This document shows, one piece after another, positions 53,069-62,744 of a DNA stretch of 64,000 nucleotides. Below the pieces are notes generated by a model. That model worked only from the letters and a program-made list of their open reading frames with translations. It was not told the origin of the DNA and did not search any database. Source of the DNA: Candidatus Staskawiczbacteria bacterium (GTDB lineage Bacteria; Patescibacteriota; Minisyncoccia; Minisyncoccales; Staskawiczbacteraceae); the NCBI GenBank assembly GCA_041659225.1, contig JBAZYR010000001.1, positions 15,266 to 79,265 of the forward strand. Direction: 5' to 3'. Position numbers and translations under genes: made by a program. Numbering within the stretch: position 1 is the first letter of the stretch; every line of letters begins with the position of its first letter.

Positions 53069-53623
53069 CTATGAGCCGTCTAAGTTTCTTTGAGAAACTG
53101 TCGTCTGGATCTTTTTCTTTATTGAGTCTTCTGTGCCTATAGTGTAGAGTTCGGCGGAAATAACAACTCGGGGCTGAAGAAAATCAAGACTGCTTGCTCC
53201 GAAGGCCTTAAATTCAAAATAGGTTATTCCGATAGCGTTAGACATAAGCGGAATGGCTGAACCGCCATTCTTTATTTCCTTTAATTTTCCGTCTATATCT
53301 TTAAAAAACTCCTGGCAGGAATCGTTGTCTGAGTGATTGATAAACTTTACTCCCTTACCGTCGTGGGTAATTTCATAGTTGTCCCCTGCCGTAATGCAGT
53401 TGCCGCCATCGTCAACTTTGGCCATTCTTAAAGCTCTCCCCATATATTCAAAAACATAACTGGCCTGATTTAACAGTTCCTGCTGTTTTAATGTTCTTCT
53501 TTGTTGTTTTATTATGGAAACAAAAATATCGGTAGCGGTCATAAGAACTATCGAAAAGATAGCCGTAACTGCTATAAGCTCAATTAATGTAAATCCTTTT
53601 GATTCCATTGTTATTAACGCCAA
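53069..53623 (-). CDS. Minor pilin / pseudopilin (prepilin-type N-terminal cleavage/methylation domain)
   Basis: Prepilin-type N-terminal cleavage/methylation motif KGFTLIELIAVTAIFSIVL. Confidence 0.75.
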   Translation of the reverse strand: MALITMESKGFTLIELIAVTAIFSIVLMTATDIFVSIIKQQRRTLKQQELLNQASYVFEYMGRALRMAKVDDGGNCITAGDNYEITHDGKGVKFINHSDNDSCQEFFKDIDGKLKEIKNGGSAIPLMSNAIGITYFEFKAFGASSLDFLQPRVVISAELYTIGTEDSIKKKIQTTVSQRNLDGS

Positions 53624-54147
53624 TTATATAAATCAGTTTCTGCGACAAAACTATACCCAGTACCTCTGTCGTCCCAAGATACCTCTACCTCTACATTCAA
53701 AACTTCATCTTCATGACCAGGAACTTCTGTAACAGTAATTTTTCTCGTGAACCCTGTCGGAGTGATGCCGTTATACCGATAAAAACCATCTTCATCGATA
53801 TACAAAAATTCCCCAGGAATGATCCACGACTTTAGCGGGGTTGCCCCTCCCACGCCACTATTGGTGGTATAATCAGCTTCGCAACCAGAAGCACAGTTAA
53901 TAATTCCATTATCCCATGCGACCGAACCGTCCAGCCAGTTTGTATCCCGGATGTTCCTTACTATTTCAATGCCCTCCTGAGCTAGATAAGCGGCAGTTAA
54001 CTTTGCTGACGCAGTTGAAGTTACCATAGCCATTCGCGAGAAAATAGAATAGGTTCCAAGGATAGCAACGACTAAGATAAAAATGGCAACCACCATTTCC
54101 AGTATTGTAAATCCTTTGTTTTGTTCTTTTAAAAAAGATTTGCTCAT
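53614..54147 (-). CDS. Minor pilin / pseudopilin
   Basis: NKGFTILEMVVAIFILVVAILG; overlaps the downstream gene by 10 nt. Confidence 0.75.
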   Translation of the reverse strand: MSKSFLKEQNKGFTILEMVVAIFILVVAILGTYSIFSRMAMVTSTASAKLTAAYLAQEGIEIVRNIRDTNWLDGSVAWDNGIINCASGCEADYTTNSGVGGATPLKSWIIPGEFLYIDEDGFYRYNGITPTGFTRKITVTEVPGHEDEVLNVEVEVSWDDRGTGYSFVAETDLYNWR

Positions 54148-54150
54148 CCT

Positions 54151-55122
54151 TTACCTTACCTCTATCATGCCCACCTTATTAACTGCGATGGTCATGGTTT
54201 TATTAAGATTTCTCTCCAAAGCTAGAACTATCTCGATCTCGGTGCTGCCAGGATCCATCCATTTTATCGTTGTATCTGGATTTGGCGGGGCAAAATTAAT
54301 ACTTACCTTCTGCGGAACCGAATTATTAATTTGCTTTATAACCACGCCTTTTTCTCCGATAGATATATTTTCAACAATACAATCGGCTGCTGTGTAATAC
54401 CCATAACATAAGTCCGGCAGGGTCGTGCAGTCAGGCGATCCGTCACTCTCTGTATCGGCATATAAGATATAATTTTTATTGGTAAGCGTTGCAGGGTTGA
54501 TATATATGCCGTAGCCATAAGCCAGTATAGCTGGCGGCTCAAGCTGCATTGGCTCGTACAGCGGATGTCCTCCTTGTGGCCCGCTAGGACCGCCGCTAAC
54601 CACAACAGAACATTGTTTGGTTGCAATAATTGTTCCGCTTGATCTGCTTACGGTTAAAGTCGTCGAATAATTCCCGGCGCTTGCAAAAGAGGTCGAGCAT
54701 GTAAGGCCGGTGCCGACGCAATCGCCTGACCAGGTGTATAAATAGTTTCCTTGTCCTCCTTCTGTTACAAAAGAAAATGTTGTTGACTCGTTGATTTGTA
54801 CCGGATTAGGCGAAGACGTGCACGAAACAATAACAATCTGCGGAGGTGGAGGATCATCTTTTGCTATATGCCCCCCAAGCGCGAGATTACTCAAAGATGC
54901 AAAATGCAAAGGCGCATAAGACAGACAACTGTCCACTTGAGTTGAGGACATTGCCATTGCCTGCGCCTTCCTTATATCCAGCACCAACTTATGCCCCGCT
55001 CTTCTTAGGGCGAGCTGGTCCCTTATCTCGCTGAAGTTATTAATCACCATACTCGCAAATAGCGTGATGATGAAAATAACGGCCACCATTTCGAGCAGAG
55101 TGAAACCTTTGTTGTTATTCAT
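54151..55122 (-). CDS. Minor pilin with a large C-terminal domain including a PKD/Ig-like module
   Basis: The true start is the ATG at 55120-55122 (MNNNKGFTLLEMVAVIFIITLFAS), which overlaps the pilD stop (ATGA). PKD-like segment NESTTFSFVTEGGQGNYLYTWSGDCVGTGLTCSTSFASAGNYSTTLTV. Confidence 0.7.
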   Translation of the reverse strand: MNNNKGFTLLEMVAVIFIITLFASMVINNFSEIRDQLALRRAGHKLVLDIRKAQAMAMSSTQVDSCLSYAPLHFASLSNLALGGHIAKDDPPPPQIVIVSCTSSPNPVQINESTTFSFVTEGGQGNYLYTWSGDCVGTGLTCSTSFASAGNYSTTLTVSRSSGTIIATKQCSVVVSGGPSGPQGGHPLYEPMQLEPPAILAYGYGIYINPATLTNKNYILYADTESDGSPDCTTLPDLCYGYYTAADCIVENISIGEKGVVIKQINNSVPQKVSINFAPPNPDTTIKWMDPGSTEIEIVLALERNLNKTMTIAVNKVGMIEVR

Positions 55123-55877
55123 GTTAATAAATTTAAATACCAGTTTATTAAATTTTGTCCAAAAAATATCGCTAAAAATGTTCCGGTAATTAAAAATGGA
55201 CCGAAAGGTATTTCGCTTTTCATTCCTTTCTTTCCTGCGATAATTAATCCTATCCCTATTATACCACCAATAAAGAAGGCTAAGAATAAAGCAGCCAGTA
55301 TGTTCGGGAAGCCGAGAATCAAACCCATCAAAAAAACGAGCTTTACGTCGCCAAAACCCAGCCATTTTCCTTTAGACACGAGAAAAATCAATAGGAACAA
55401 TCCAGAAGCTATAATGGCGCTAGATAAAGTTGAAAACTGTCCAAGAACGAAAAACTGTAAATCAAAAATCAAGGCTAAAAAAATAGCCGGAAAAACGACC
55501 CTGTCCGGAATAATATAGTGCTTGAGGTCATAGACGAAAATAATAATGGAGAGGGTGGAAATTAGAATTAAAAATTCAAACTCTAAATCCACCTGAAAAC
55601 CCGAATGCCAAAAAACTAATAAAAATAATGCTGCAGTGGCGAGCTCTACAATCGGATATTGTATTGATATCCCTTTCTTACAATAACGACACTTACCCGA
55701 TAAAGAGATATAACTTAAAACCGGCACTAAATCGCGCCAGCTTAGCTGGTGATGGCACGCGGGGCAATAGGATCTGCCCCTTAAAAAGCTTTCCTTCTTT
55801 TCGAGGCGAAAAATAACACAGTTTAAAAAACTACCTACGATTAAGCCGAGAAGGAGAAGATAAATAAGAGTAAGCAT
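55119..55877 (-). CDS. pilD: Prepilin peptidase (A24 family, PilD)
   Basis: N-terminal Cys4 box (FLNCVIFRL...YCPACHHQL...CRYCKK), polytopic membrane domain with catalytic Asp regions. Confidence 0.85.
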   Translation of the reverse strand: MLTLIYLLLLGLIVGSFLNCVIFRLEKKESFLRGRSYCPACHHQLSWRDLVPVLSYISLSGKCRYCKKGISIQYPIVELATAALFLLVFWHSGFQVDLEFEFLILISTLSIIIFVYDLKHYIIPDRVVFPAIFLALIFDLQFFVLGQFSTLSSAIIASGLFLLIFLVSKGKWLGFGDVKLVFLMGLILGFPNILAALFLAFFIGGIIGIGLIIAGKKGMKSEIPFGPFLITGTFLAIFFGQNLINWYLNLLT

Positions 55878-55938
55878 TGACTAATTCTACCAGAAATTTA
55901 TCTATTGGAGAATATATAACAAATGAATTAAAGACAAC

Positions 55939-56346
55939 TCAAGGGGGGCATACACTGCCTAAAGTCATCCACTGCTGCCACGTTATCTGTTTTCTAACGC
56001 CGGTACTATCCAAACACCACGACCCTGCAGTAGGATAGACATACTGCACAGCAACAACGTACGTGTTCTCTGCGCTAGAACATTTACCGTTTTTCCCCGT
56101 AGCGGCTTTAGCTGCATTATATGCTTTTAGAACTTCTGTATCACCACAAACCCCAACGTAGGTAGAACCGCTGCTATAAAATATTTCGGCGGCAGCGGGG
56201 ATTGCATTCATATTCCCTTTGGCAGCGGCGTTTTTAGCTTTATCACGAGCCGAACTTACGCTAGTGAATATAATGGAAGCCAAAATACCGATAATAGCGA
56301 TTACGACCAATAACTCAATTAATGTAAAACCTTTGGACCTGTTCAT
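55939..56346 (-). CDS. Type IV major pilin (PilA-like) copy 1
   Basis: MNRSKGFTLIELLVVIAIIGILASIIF followed by a small globular domain of about 100 aa with a C-terminal Cys pair. Confidence 0.85.
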   Translation of the reverse strand: MNRSKGFTLIELLVVIAIIGILASIIFTSVSSARDKAKNAAAKGNMNAIPAAAEIFYSSGSTYVGVCGDTEVLKAYNAAKAATGKNGKCSSAENTYVVAVQYVYPTAGSWCLDSTGVRKQITWQQWMTLGSVCPP

Positions 56347-56382
56347 TGTTTTTATTTTATCCCATTATCCCTTTGACGTAAA

Positions 56383-56417
56383 CAAAAACCACCCACATCA
56401 ATCGCGGGTGGTTTTTT
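56383..56417 (-). terminator. Intrinsic (bidirectional) terminator after pilin copy 2, preceding copy 1
   Basis: aaaaaCCACCCacatcaatcgcGGGTGGtttttt. Confidence 0.65.
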
Positions 56418-56431
56418 AGCTTGAGAAGACG

Positions 56432-56884
56432 TTACGGCGCGACATTACCATCACAATCATAGTCTCCCGTTGTACAATCCGAACCGCAAGCTGTAGTTAG
56501 AGAAGTTTTGTGTGCCGCCGAATCAACGCAATAATATTGAGCAGGATTCGGGCCCATTAATTTCACACAAGCACACCATTTATCGGTTGTAGCAGCATTA
56601 CTGTAGTCGGTACCGGCAGTACCAGAAGACTGTGCCCAGGCTGCGTTATACGCTTTTAGGGGATCTGTCCCAGCTGCGAAAATAGCGGCATAACTAAGGG
56701 GAGAGGCGCTGTCGTATATATTTTCTGCTGCAGCAGGAATCATGGAGAGGTTCGCCTTTATATTAGCGTCCCTTGCTTTAGCTCTAGCTGCATTAACATT
56801 TACAAACACGATGGAAGCTAAAATACCTATGATAGCGATTACGACTAATAACTCAATTAATGTAAAACCTCTTGATTTATTCAT
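56432..56884 (-). CDS. Type IV major pilin (PilA-like) copy 2
   Basis: MNKSRGFTLIELLVVIAIIGILASIVF; the N-terminal 30 aa are nearly identical to copy 1, and the C-terminal domain has diverged. Confidence 0.85.
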   Translation of the reverse strand: MNKSRGFTLIELLVVIAIIGILASIVFVNVNAARAKARDANIKANLSMIPAAAENIYDSASPLSYAAIFAAGTDPLKAYNAAWAQSSGTAGTDYSNAATTDKWCACVKLMGPNPAQYYCVDSAAHKTSLTTACGSDCTTGDYDCDGNVAP

Positions 56885-57010
56885 AATATTAAAATTTAAA
56901 ATACTTTTTACCTTTTACTAAATAGGTTCGACCTTTAAGGTCAAGTTAAGACCATTGATTACTTAATTTTAAACTATTAAGGAACGCCGTCAAGTGGAAA
57001 AGTATTATTA

Positions 57011-58219
57011 CTACACAGTATTCAACATTCCGTACATTGGAGACAACACCGAAATAGCTAATATGGCTACGCCTACTCCCAAGAAAACTATCAGAACCGG
57101 CTCAATCAAAGTCATAAAGTTATCTACTATCGCTTCAATCTCTTTTTTGTAAAAACCAACAATCTCCGCTAATGTTTTATCAAGCTTTCCTGTCTCCTCC
57201 CCAACTTTTATCATTTGAATGATAAACGGGGGAACCTGGTTCGGATATCTGACTAAAACAGAACTTATCTTCTCTCCCTCAGAAACCTCTTTTTCGGTTT
57301 CAGCAATAATTCCCTTGTACACATAATTATTGATGGTGTCCTTCGTTATCTCCAAAGCACGAACGATAGGCAGGCCGGCCATGATTAAAGTTGAAAGATT
57401 CTCGGCAAAGTTAACAATGTAGTTCTTCTGTAAAAATCCTCCGACAAGCGGAAGCTTGATTAATGTTACATCAAGAACCTTTTTACCTTCTTTGGTTTTG
57501 AAGTAGTAAATTAAGAAAACTATAAACCCTGCGGCGGCTATCAAGAGGAACAACCCGTAATGAGCAAACAGGTTGTAAAAACCTATAAGCATTTTTGTGG
57601 AAAAGGGAATATCACCGCCGGCATCCTCCAAAATTGTGATTAACTTGGGCATTACCATGGTCATAACCACAGCAATAACTATTACCAACGCAGATAAAAC
57701 TACTGCCGGGTAAATCATCGCACCTTTTATCTTAGACTTAATATCGTGCTGTCTTTCCAAATACGTACTAAGATGGTAAAGGGATTCAGATATCTTTCCC
57801 GAAGCTTCCCCGGATTTAATCAGGCTGATATAGAAAAAGCCAAAGGTCTCGGGACAGGCAGCAAGCGCGTCAGAAAGTGTATTTCCCTCTTCAATGAGCT
57901 TTGAAACAATCATAATTTTCTCCCGAAAAACCTTTTTACTGGTTTGGGAAGCCAGACTGGATAAGCTTTCAATAATCGGCACCCGCGAATCAATCATAAC
58001 CGCAAGTTGGCGGGAAAAGATAGAGAGATCTTTTTGAGATACCTTTTTCTTGAAAATTCCGCCCTTGAAAACATCAAACGGTGTTTTTTCCTCTTTTAAC
58101 GAGGTGACGAAAATATTGTATTTCTGCAAAAGAGCAGCAGCTGCTTCTTGGGAAGATGCTTCAATGGTACCGGTTTCAATTTCACCTCTTTGGCTTCTGG
58201 CTTGATAAATAAACTTCAT
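57011..58219 (-). CDS. pilC: Type IV pilus platform protein PilC (GspF family)
   Basis: Two GspF repeats, three TM segments, 402 aa. Confidence 0.85.
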   Translation of the reverse strand: MKFIYQARSQRGEIETGTIEASSQEAAAALLQKYNIFVTSLKEEKTPFDVFKGGIFKKKVSQKDLSIFSRQLAVMIDSRVPIIESLSSLASQTSKKVFREKIMIVSKLIEEGNTLSDALAACPETFGFFYISLIKSGEASGKISESLYHLSTYLERQHDIKSKIKGAMIYPAVVLSALVIVIAVVMTMVMPKLITILEDAGGDIPFSTKMLIGFYNLFAHYGLFLLIAAAGFIVFLIYYFKTKEGKKVLDVTLIKLPLVGGFLQKNYIVNFAENLSTLIMAGLPIVRALEITKDTINNYVYKGIIAETEKEVSEGEKISSVLVRYPNQVPPFIIQMIKVGEETGKLDKTLAEIVGFYKKEIEAIVDNFMTLIEPVLIVFLGVGVAILAISVLSPMYGMLNTV

Positions 58220-58224
58220 ATGGG

Positions 58225-59289
58225 TTACCTCAGGAGATTCTTTATCTCAAACGGGTTCAAGGAATAATCAATGGCGTTTTTAAGGGTAATCTCTTTCTTT
58301 CTCACTAAATCAGCTAAATATCTATCCGAAGAAACCATCCCTTCGCGAGAAGAAGTATCAATAATTGCCGGTATTTCATGGGTCTTGTTTTCACGGATAA
58401 GGTTAGCGGTTGCTGTGTTGCTAACCATAACCTCACAGGCAGGAATAAAACCGCCTCTTATCCTGGGTATTAATCTTTGACTGACTATGCCCAAAAGCGA
58501 ACCTGATAATTGATACCTTATCTGATTCTGCTGCTCAGCAGGGAAAACGTCGACAATACGGTGGATCGTCTGGGCGGCAGAATTAGTATGCAAGGTGGCG
58601 AAGATTAAATGGCCCGTTTCTGCCGCAGTAATAGCAGTAGAAATAGTTTCAAGGTCCCTCATCTCTCCCACCATGATTACGTCGAGATTTTGACGGAAAG
58701 CTGCCCGAAGCGCTGATGAAAAACTTATAGTATCTCGATAGACCTCCCTCTGATCAATAATTGCCCGGTCATCCTCGTAAACATATTCGATAGGATCTTC
58801 AATCGTGATTATGTGCACCGGCCTCGTATGGTTTATCTCGTCAACTAGAGCAGCTAAAGTAGTGGTCTTGCCTTGGCTTGAAGCGCCTGTAATCAAGACT
58901 AAACCCTGGGTTTTGGAGGTGAACTCGTGCAAAACAGGAGGAAGGATCAGCTCTTCAATCGTTTTAATCCTGGCAGGAATCATACGCAAATCCAAGCTTA
59001 TGGTCTCCTGCTGAAAAAAACAGTTAATTCTGAACCGCGCCTTACCCTCGAAGTTATACGAAAAATCTATTTCTTTCTCTTCAAAGAATTTCTTGTATTG
59101 CATGGTGTTCATCAGCAGGCGGGCCAAGGCCTCTGAGTCAGCAGGTTCAACTACTTTTTCTTTAGCTAAGGGTATCAATTGCCCGGTTAGCCTAAGGGTG
59201 GGCTTGTGACCGACGGAAAGATGCAAATCAGAGGCTTCTTCCTCGACAATTGTGACCAATAGCTTCTTTAGATATGCGGGATAATCCAT
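58225..59289 (-). CDS. pilT: Twitching-motility/retraction ATPase PilT
   Basis: Walker A GASSQGKTTTLAA, Asp box, His box, 354 aa. Confidence 0.85.
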   Translation of the reverse strand: MDYPAYLKKLLVTIVEEEASDLHLSVGHKPTLRLTGQLIPLAKEKVVEPADSEALARLLMNTMQYKKFFEEKEIDFSYNFEGKARFRINCFFQQETISLDLRMIPARIKTIEELILPPVLHEFTSKTQGLVLITGASSQGKTTTLAALVDEINHTRPVHIITIEDPIEYVYEDDRAIIDQREVYRDTISFSSALRAAFRQNLDVIMVGEMRDLETISTAITAAETGHLIFATLHTNSAAQTIHRIVDVFPAEQQNQIRYQLSGSLLGIVSQRLIPRIRGGFIPACEVMVSNTATANLIRENKTHEIPAIIDTSSREGMVSSDRYLADLVRKKEITLKNAIDYSLNPFEIKNLLR

Positions 59290-59307
59290 AATATTTTAAT
59301 TAATAGT

Positions 59308-61032
59308 TTATTGCTCCTCAGTCGCTCGGGTAATTTCCTCCACAGTAGTTTCTCCTGCTAAAATCTTCAAAATTCCCTCCTGCTCCATTGTGAGCATACC
59401 TTGTTTCTTGGCTAGCTTAGAAATCGCATCTTCGGTAGCATCTTTTAATATGATCTTAGCTAGCTCATCAGTCATCGGCAATACCTCGAAGAGACCGATT
59501 CTTCCGGCATATCCTTTAAAGTTGCACTTATCGCATCCTTTCGGTTCGTATATAGAGAAGCCCTGTCCTATTTTCACCTCATTCTGGATGTTCAAAGGCA
59601 TACTTTTTACTCTTTCTACAATATATTTTCTAATCGGTTCTGGCGGAGTAATCTTCTTTCTGCAGCTCGTACAAAGAGTCCTGACTAGCCTTTGAGAAAT
59701 CGCTACGCCTAAAGTATATGGTATTAGGAACGGCCTTACGCCCATATCAATCAATCTCGGCACCACTCCGATGGCAGAATTGGTATGCAATGTTGAAAGA
59801 ACGATATGTCCGGTAAGTGCAGCGTGCGTTACGAGGTTAGCTGTTTCTTCGTCACGGACCTCACCAACCATGATAACATTCGGATCTTGTCTAAGAATTT
59901 GTCTCAAGCCTTGGGCAAAAGTATAACCAATGTCCGGTTTTACCTGAGATTGGTTTACTCCGGGGATAGAATACTCGATAGGGTCTTCAATCGTTACGAT
60001 ATTAACGCTTTCGTTATTCATAAATCGCAGAAGCGCATAAAGCGTTGTAGACTTACCTGACCCGGTAGGGCCTGTGGCCAAAATCATTCCATACGGTTTT
60101 TTAATGGCGGCTTTTATCATTTCAAAGTTCCTTCCCCGCAGACCCATAGCCTCGTAATCTTTCAGCCCCTCGCCTGAATCAAGAACTCTGATTTCAATTT
60201 TTTCTCCGTTAAGACAAGGATAAGTAGCAACTCTAAAGTCGACGTTGTCTTCCCCTACTTTTGTTGAAAACCTCCCGTCTTGAGGAACGCGGTTCTCGTC
60301 AATCTTCAAATTAGCAAGAATTTTTATTCTTGTAACAATCGATTGATGAACACTGATGGGTAAAAACAAGGTGGGGTATAAAATACCGTCGATACGGAAG
60401 CGAATCTTTAATTTATCTTTTATTGGTTCAATATGTATATCTGAAGCGTTAGATTCTAAGGCGTGCCGGAGAATAGAAAAAACCATTTTGATGATAGGAG
60501 CTTCGTCGCCTATTGCCTTCTCTACCTCGGATTTTTCTTCTGCAAATTCCCTGATTTCTTTTTTAGATTTTTCAAACTCAACCAGCACTTTGCCTGCCTC
60601 GCTTTTTAAATTCCTATGTTGCTTTAAAAGTTTATTAAAATCACTGATGGTTATTAAAGAAATTAAATACTCAAATTTTCCCTGCCTGCTTGAAAATCTC
60701 AAAGCGTCCTGGGCTGAGGTATTCTCAGGATAGACCATTCCGATTTCCACAACATCTCCCTTTTTAGACAAAGGAATCATTTTATACGTCGCCGTTGACT
60801 CTTCCGGGATTAGCTCTAATACCTCTTTCGGTACGTCATCAATAGAAACCTTTTTAAATGGTATTTTAAAAATCTCAGCCTTTGCCTTGAATAAAACATC
60901 TTCTGGAATAATTCCCTTCTCGGTGATTATTTCCTCGGCGGTTTTACCCGTCTTCTTAACATCGTATTCTATCTCGGCCTGCTTTTTCTCTTCCAATACG
61001 CCTCTTTCAATTAACTTTTGAATAAAATTCAT
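59308..61032 (-). CDS. pilB: Type IV pilus assembly ATPase PilB (GspE family)
   Basis: GSPII N-domain, Walker A GPTGSGKSTTL, and a tetracysteine motif (CTSC...CDKC). Confidence 0.9.
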   Translation of the reverse strand: MNFIQKLIERGVLEEKKQAEIEYDVKKTGKTAEEIITEKGIIPEDVLFKAKAEIFKIPFKKVSIDDVPKEVLELIPEESTATYKMIPLSKKGDVVEIGMVYPENTSAQDALRFSSRQGKFEYLISLITISDFNKLLKQHRNLKSEAGKVLVEFEKSKKEIREFAEEKSEVEKAIGDEAPIIKMVFSILRHALESNASDIHIEPIKDKLKIRFRIDGILYPTLFLPISVHQSIVTRIKILANLKIDENRVPQDGRFSTKVGEDNVDFRVATYPCLNGEKIEIRVLDSGEGLKDYEAMGLRGRNFEMIKAAIKKPYGMILATGPTGSGKSTTLYALLRFMNNESVNIVTIEDPIEYSIPGVNQSQVKPDIGYTFAQGLRQILRQDPNVIMVGEVRDEETANLVTHAALTGHIVLSTLHTNSAIGVVPRLIDMGVRPFLIPYTLGVAISQRLVRTLCTSCRKKITPPEPIRKYIVERVKSMPLNIQNEVKIGQGFSIYEPKGCDKCNFKGYAGRIGLFEVLPMTDELAKIILKDATEDAISKLAKKQGMLTMEQEGILKILAGETTVEEITRATEEQ

Positions 61033-61061
61033 CGTAGAATATTATATTAATAATTTATCTC

Positions 61062-61499
61062 TTAGGGTCTTCTGGGAGGAGTAACCGGCGGAGGCGGTGC
61101 TGTTTCGTAATACGGGGTAAACGGATTGATCCTTCCTCCTGTTATTTCCTCCAGGGTAATCGACGACAATCCAAGCTCCGTTAATGTTTTCATAGCTTCT
61201 TCTTCTGAAATAGAAGATATCTTGCCAGCCTTTGCTTCCCCTTTTGAATTTTTACCGGTATAGCTGAATTCTTTTCTCAACTCCGGGAGGAAATCTAATT
61301 TTGTTATCTTATCTGATTTCAAAACATCAAAATTAATTCTTATTTCCGGCGCCTGAAAAACCTGCTCTATCGGAGTTTCTTTTGATTTTGACAGAAAAAC
61401 ACTAAGACTTATTAAGGTCAGGATAATGACAAAAAACCCGACTATGCTAACAATTAGCGTCTTCTGCCTTTCTTTTGGTGATATGAAAACTATTGCCAT
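61062..61499 (-). CDS. Hypothetical pilus-operon protein (N-terminal TM, Pro-rich C-terminus), possible PilP-like component
   Basis: Its position between pilO and pilB, one TM helix, and a C-terminal PPPPVTPPRRP. Confidence 0.4.
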   Translation of the reverse strand: MAIVFISPKERQKTLIVSIVGFFVIILTLISLSVFLSKSKETPIEQVFQAPEIRINFDVLKSDKITKLDFLPELRKEFSYTGKNSKGEAKAGKISSISEEEAMKTLTELGLSSITLEEITGGRINPFTPYYETAPPPPVTPPRRP

Positions 61500-61513
61500 T
61501 TTCTTACCGGTTG

Positions 61514-62065
61514 CTAATAGGAATAAACTTTAATGCTTAATGAAATTGGATAAGTTAACTCCGTCATAAAAGATGTTGAAGACGGAGGAGTCACGCTAAA
61601 GGAAAAATTGTCTCCCTCGATTATACGTGAAGACTTCTCTAAAGATGCAAGGAACCGAACAAGCGCAGGGTATGATCCGAACAGTTCAATGTTCAAGCTA
61701 GCTTCTTTCACATTCGTATCAACTCCGACCGACGAAGATTTGCTTACACTTATTCTCCTCACGATTATCCCGCTTTCCAATCCTTTTTGGTATAGGAAAT
61801 CGACTAAAGGGGCGATGGAAAGTTTATCGGGCAAGGCAGTATCAATTTTCTTTAAAGCATCCTGGTATAGCATCAACTCTCTGTAAGCACTAGTTACCTC
61901 TATAAAATACGCATTCTTGCCCTGAAACTCTGCCTCTTTTTTACCAATTTCCGTCAAAAGGCCCTGAAATTGTTGATACTTCGGCAAGACTACATAAAAA
62001 GCCAATACCAAAACAACAATTAGCAGAACTGCGGTAGAAATTGGTTTATTTATCCTTAAATTCAT
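61514..62065 (-). CDS. pilO: Type IV pilus assembly protein PilO-like
   Basis: N-terminal TM, a coiled-coil and a C-terminal alpha/beta domain. Its position in the operon follows the pilN-like gene. Confidence 0.55.
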   Translation of the reverse strand: MNLRINKPISTAVLLIVVLVLAFYVVLPKYQQFQGLLTEIGKKEAEFQGKNAYFIEVTSAYRELMLYQDALKKIDTALPDKLSIAPLVDFLYQKGLESGIIVRRISVSKSSSVGVDTNVKEASLNIELFGSYPALVRFLASLEKSSRIIEGDNFSFSVTPPSSTSFMTELTYPISLSIKVYSY

Positions 62066-62075
62066 TCTAATTATC

Positions 62076-62687
62076 CTAGAAGATATAGTTATTAAAAGCA
62101 GCGCTGGTTGACGGACTAGTTGTGTCTATAATGCCGCCCGGCAGCACCTCCGGCGTAGCTTGGAAAAATATATCGGGATTGATTGCTAAGGTTAAACTAA
62201 ATTTTATTCTGCCTGTCTCGGCTGTTTCAGAACTTAACCCTATAATTTCTTTAATAAATACGCTTCCATCGAATATTGAAACCTGTCGAGTAAGGGCTGT
62301 CGTGCTTTCAGCCTCTCCTGCAAGCTGAATCGACGCCGCCTGAGACGATAAAGAAAATGTATTGAACCAAACATTGGGCAAAGTTATTTCTTCAAAAAGT
62401 CTGAGTACGTTTGTGGGAATTTTATGGTTTGTTAAAAGGGTGGCGAAATTGTCAATTTTTCTTTGGTATACAGCCACCTGCTTCTCTAGCTCTTTTTGTT
62501 GCGCAGTTCCGATGCTGGCGATTTTTTCGTCCAGGTCCTTCATGGTTTTTTCTTGGAGAGAAATTTTAAAATAAAAAATAAGGAAACAAAAAATAGTCGC
62601 CAGCAAAAGAGCAATGAAAAAATAGAACACAGTATCTAACCACCAGACCTTTTTGTTTTTTAGTTGGTAAAGGATGCTTAAATCCAT
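62076..62687 (-). CDS. pilN: Type IV pilus assembly protein PilN-like
   Basis: Short cytoplasmic N-terminus, one TM helix and a periplasmic coiled-coil; follows pilM. Confidence 0.55.
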   Translation of the reverse strand: MDLSILYQLKNKKVWWLDTVFYFFIALLLATIFCFLIFYFKISLQEKTMKDLDEKIASIGTAQQKELEKQVAVYQRKIDNFATLLTNHKIPTNVLRLFEEITLPNVWFNTFSLSSQAASIQLAGEAESTTALTRQVSIFDGSVFIKEIIGLSSETAETGRIKFSLTLAINPDIFFQATPEVLPGGIIDTTSPSTSAAFNNYIF

Positions 62688-62744
62688 ACCTTTAAATATA
62701 TGATTTGATTACTTCATTATACAATATACAGCTTCCAATCAAAA

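Noticed and set aside
54151-55365. Long N-terminal extension of the minor pilin ORF overlapping pilD
   Set aside because: The prepilin leader/cleavage motif begins at the internal Met (55120-55122). The upstream extension runs out of frame through pilD coding sequence and is not part of the protein.
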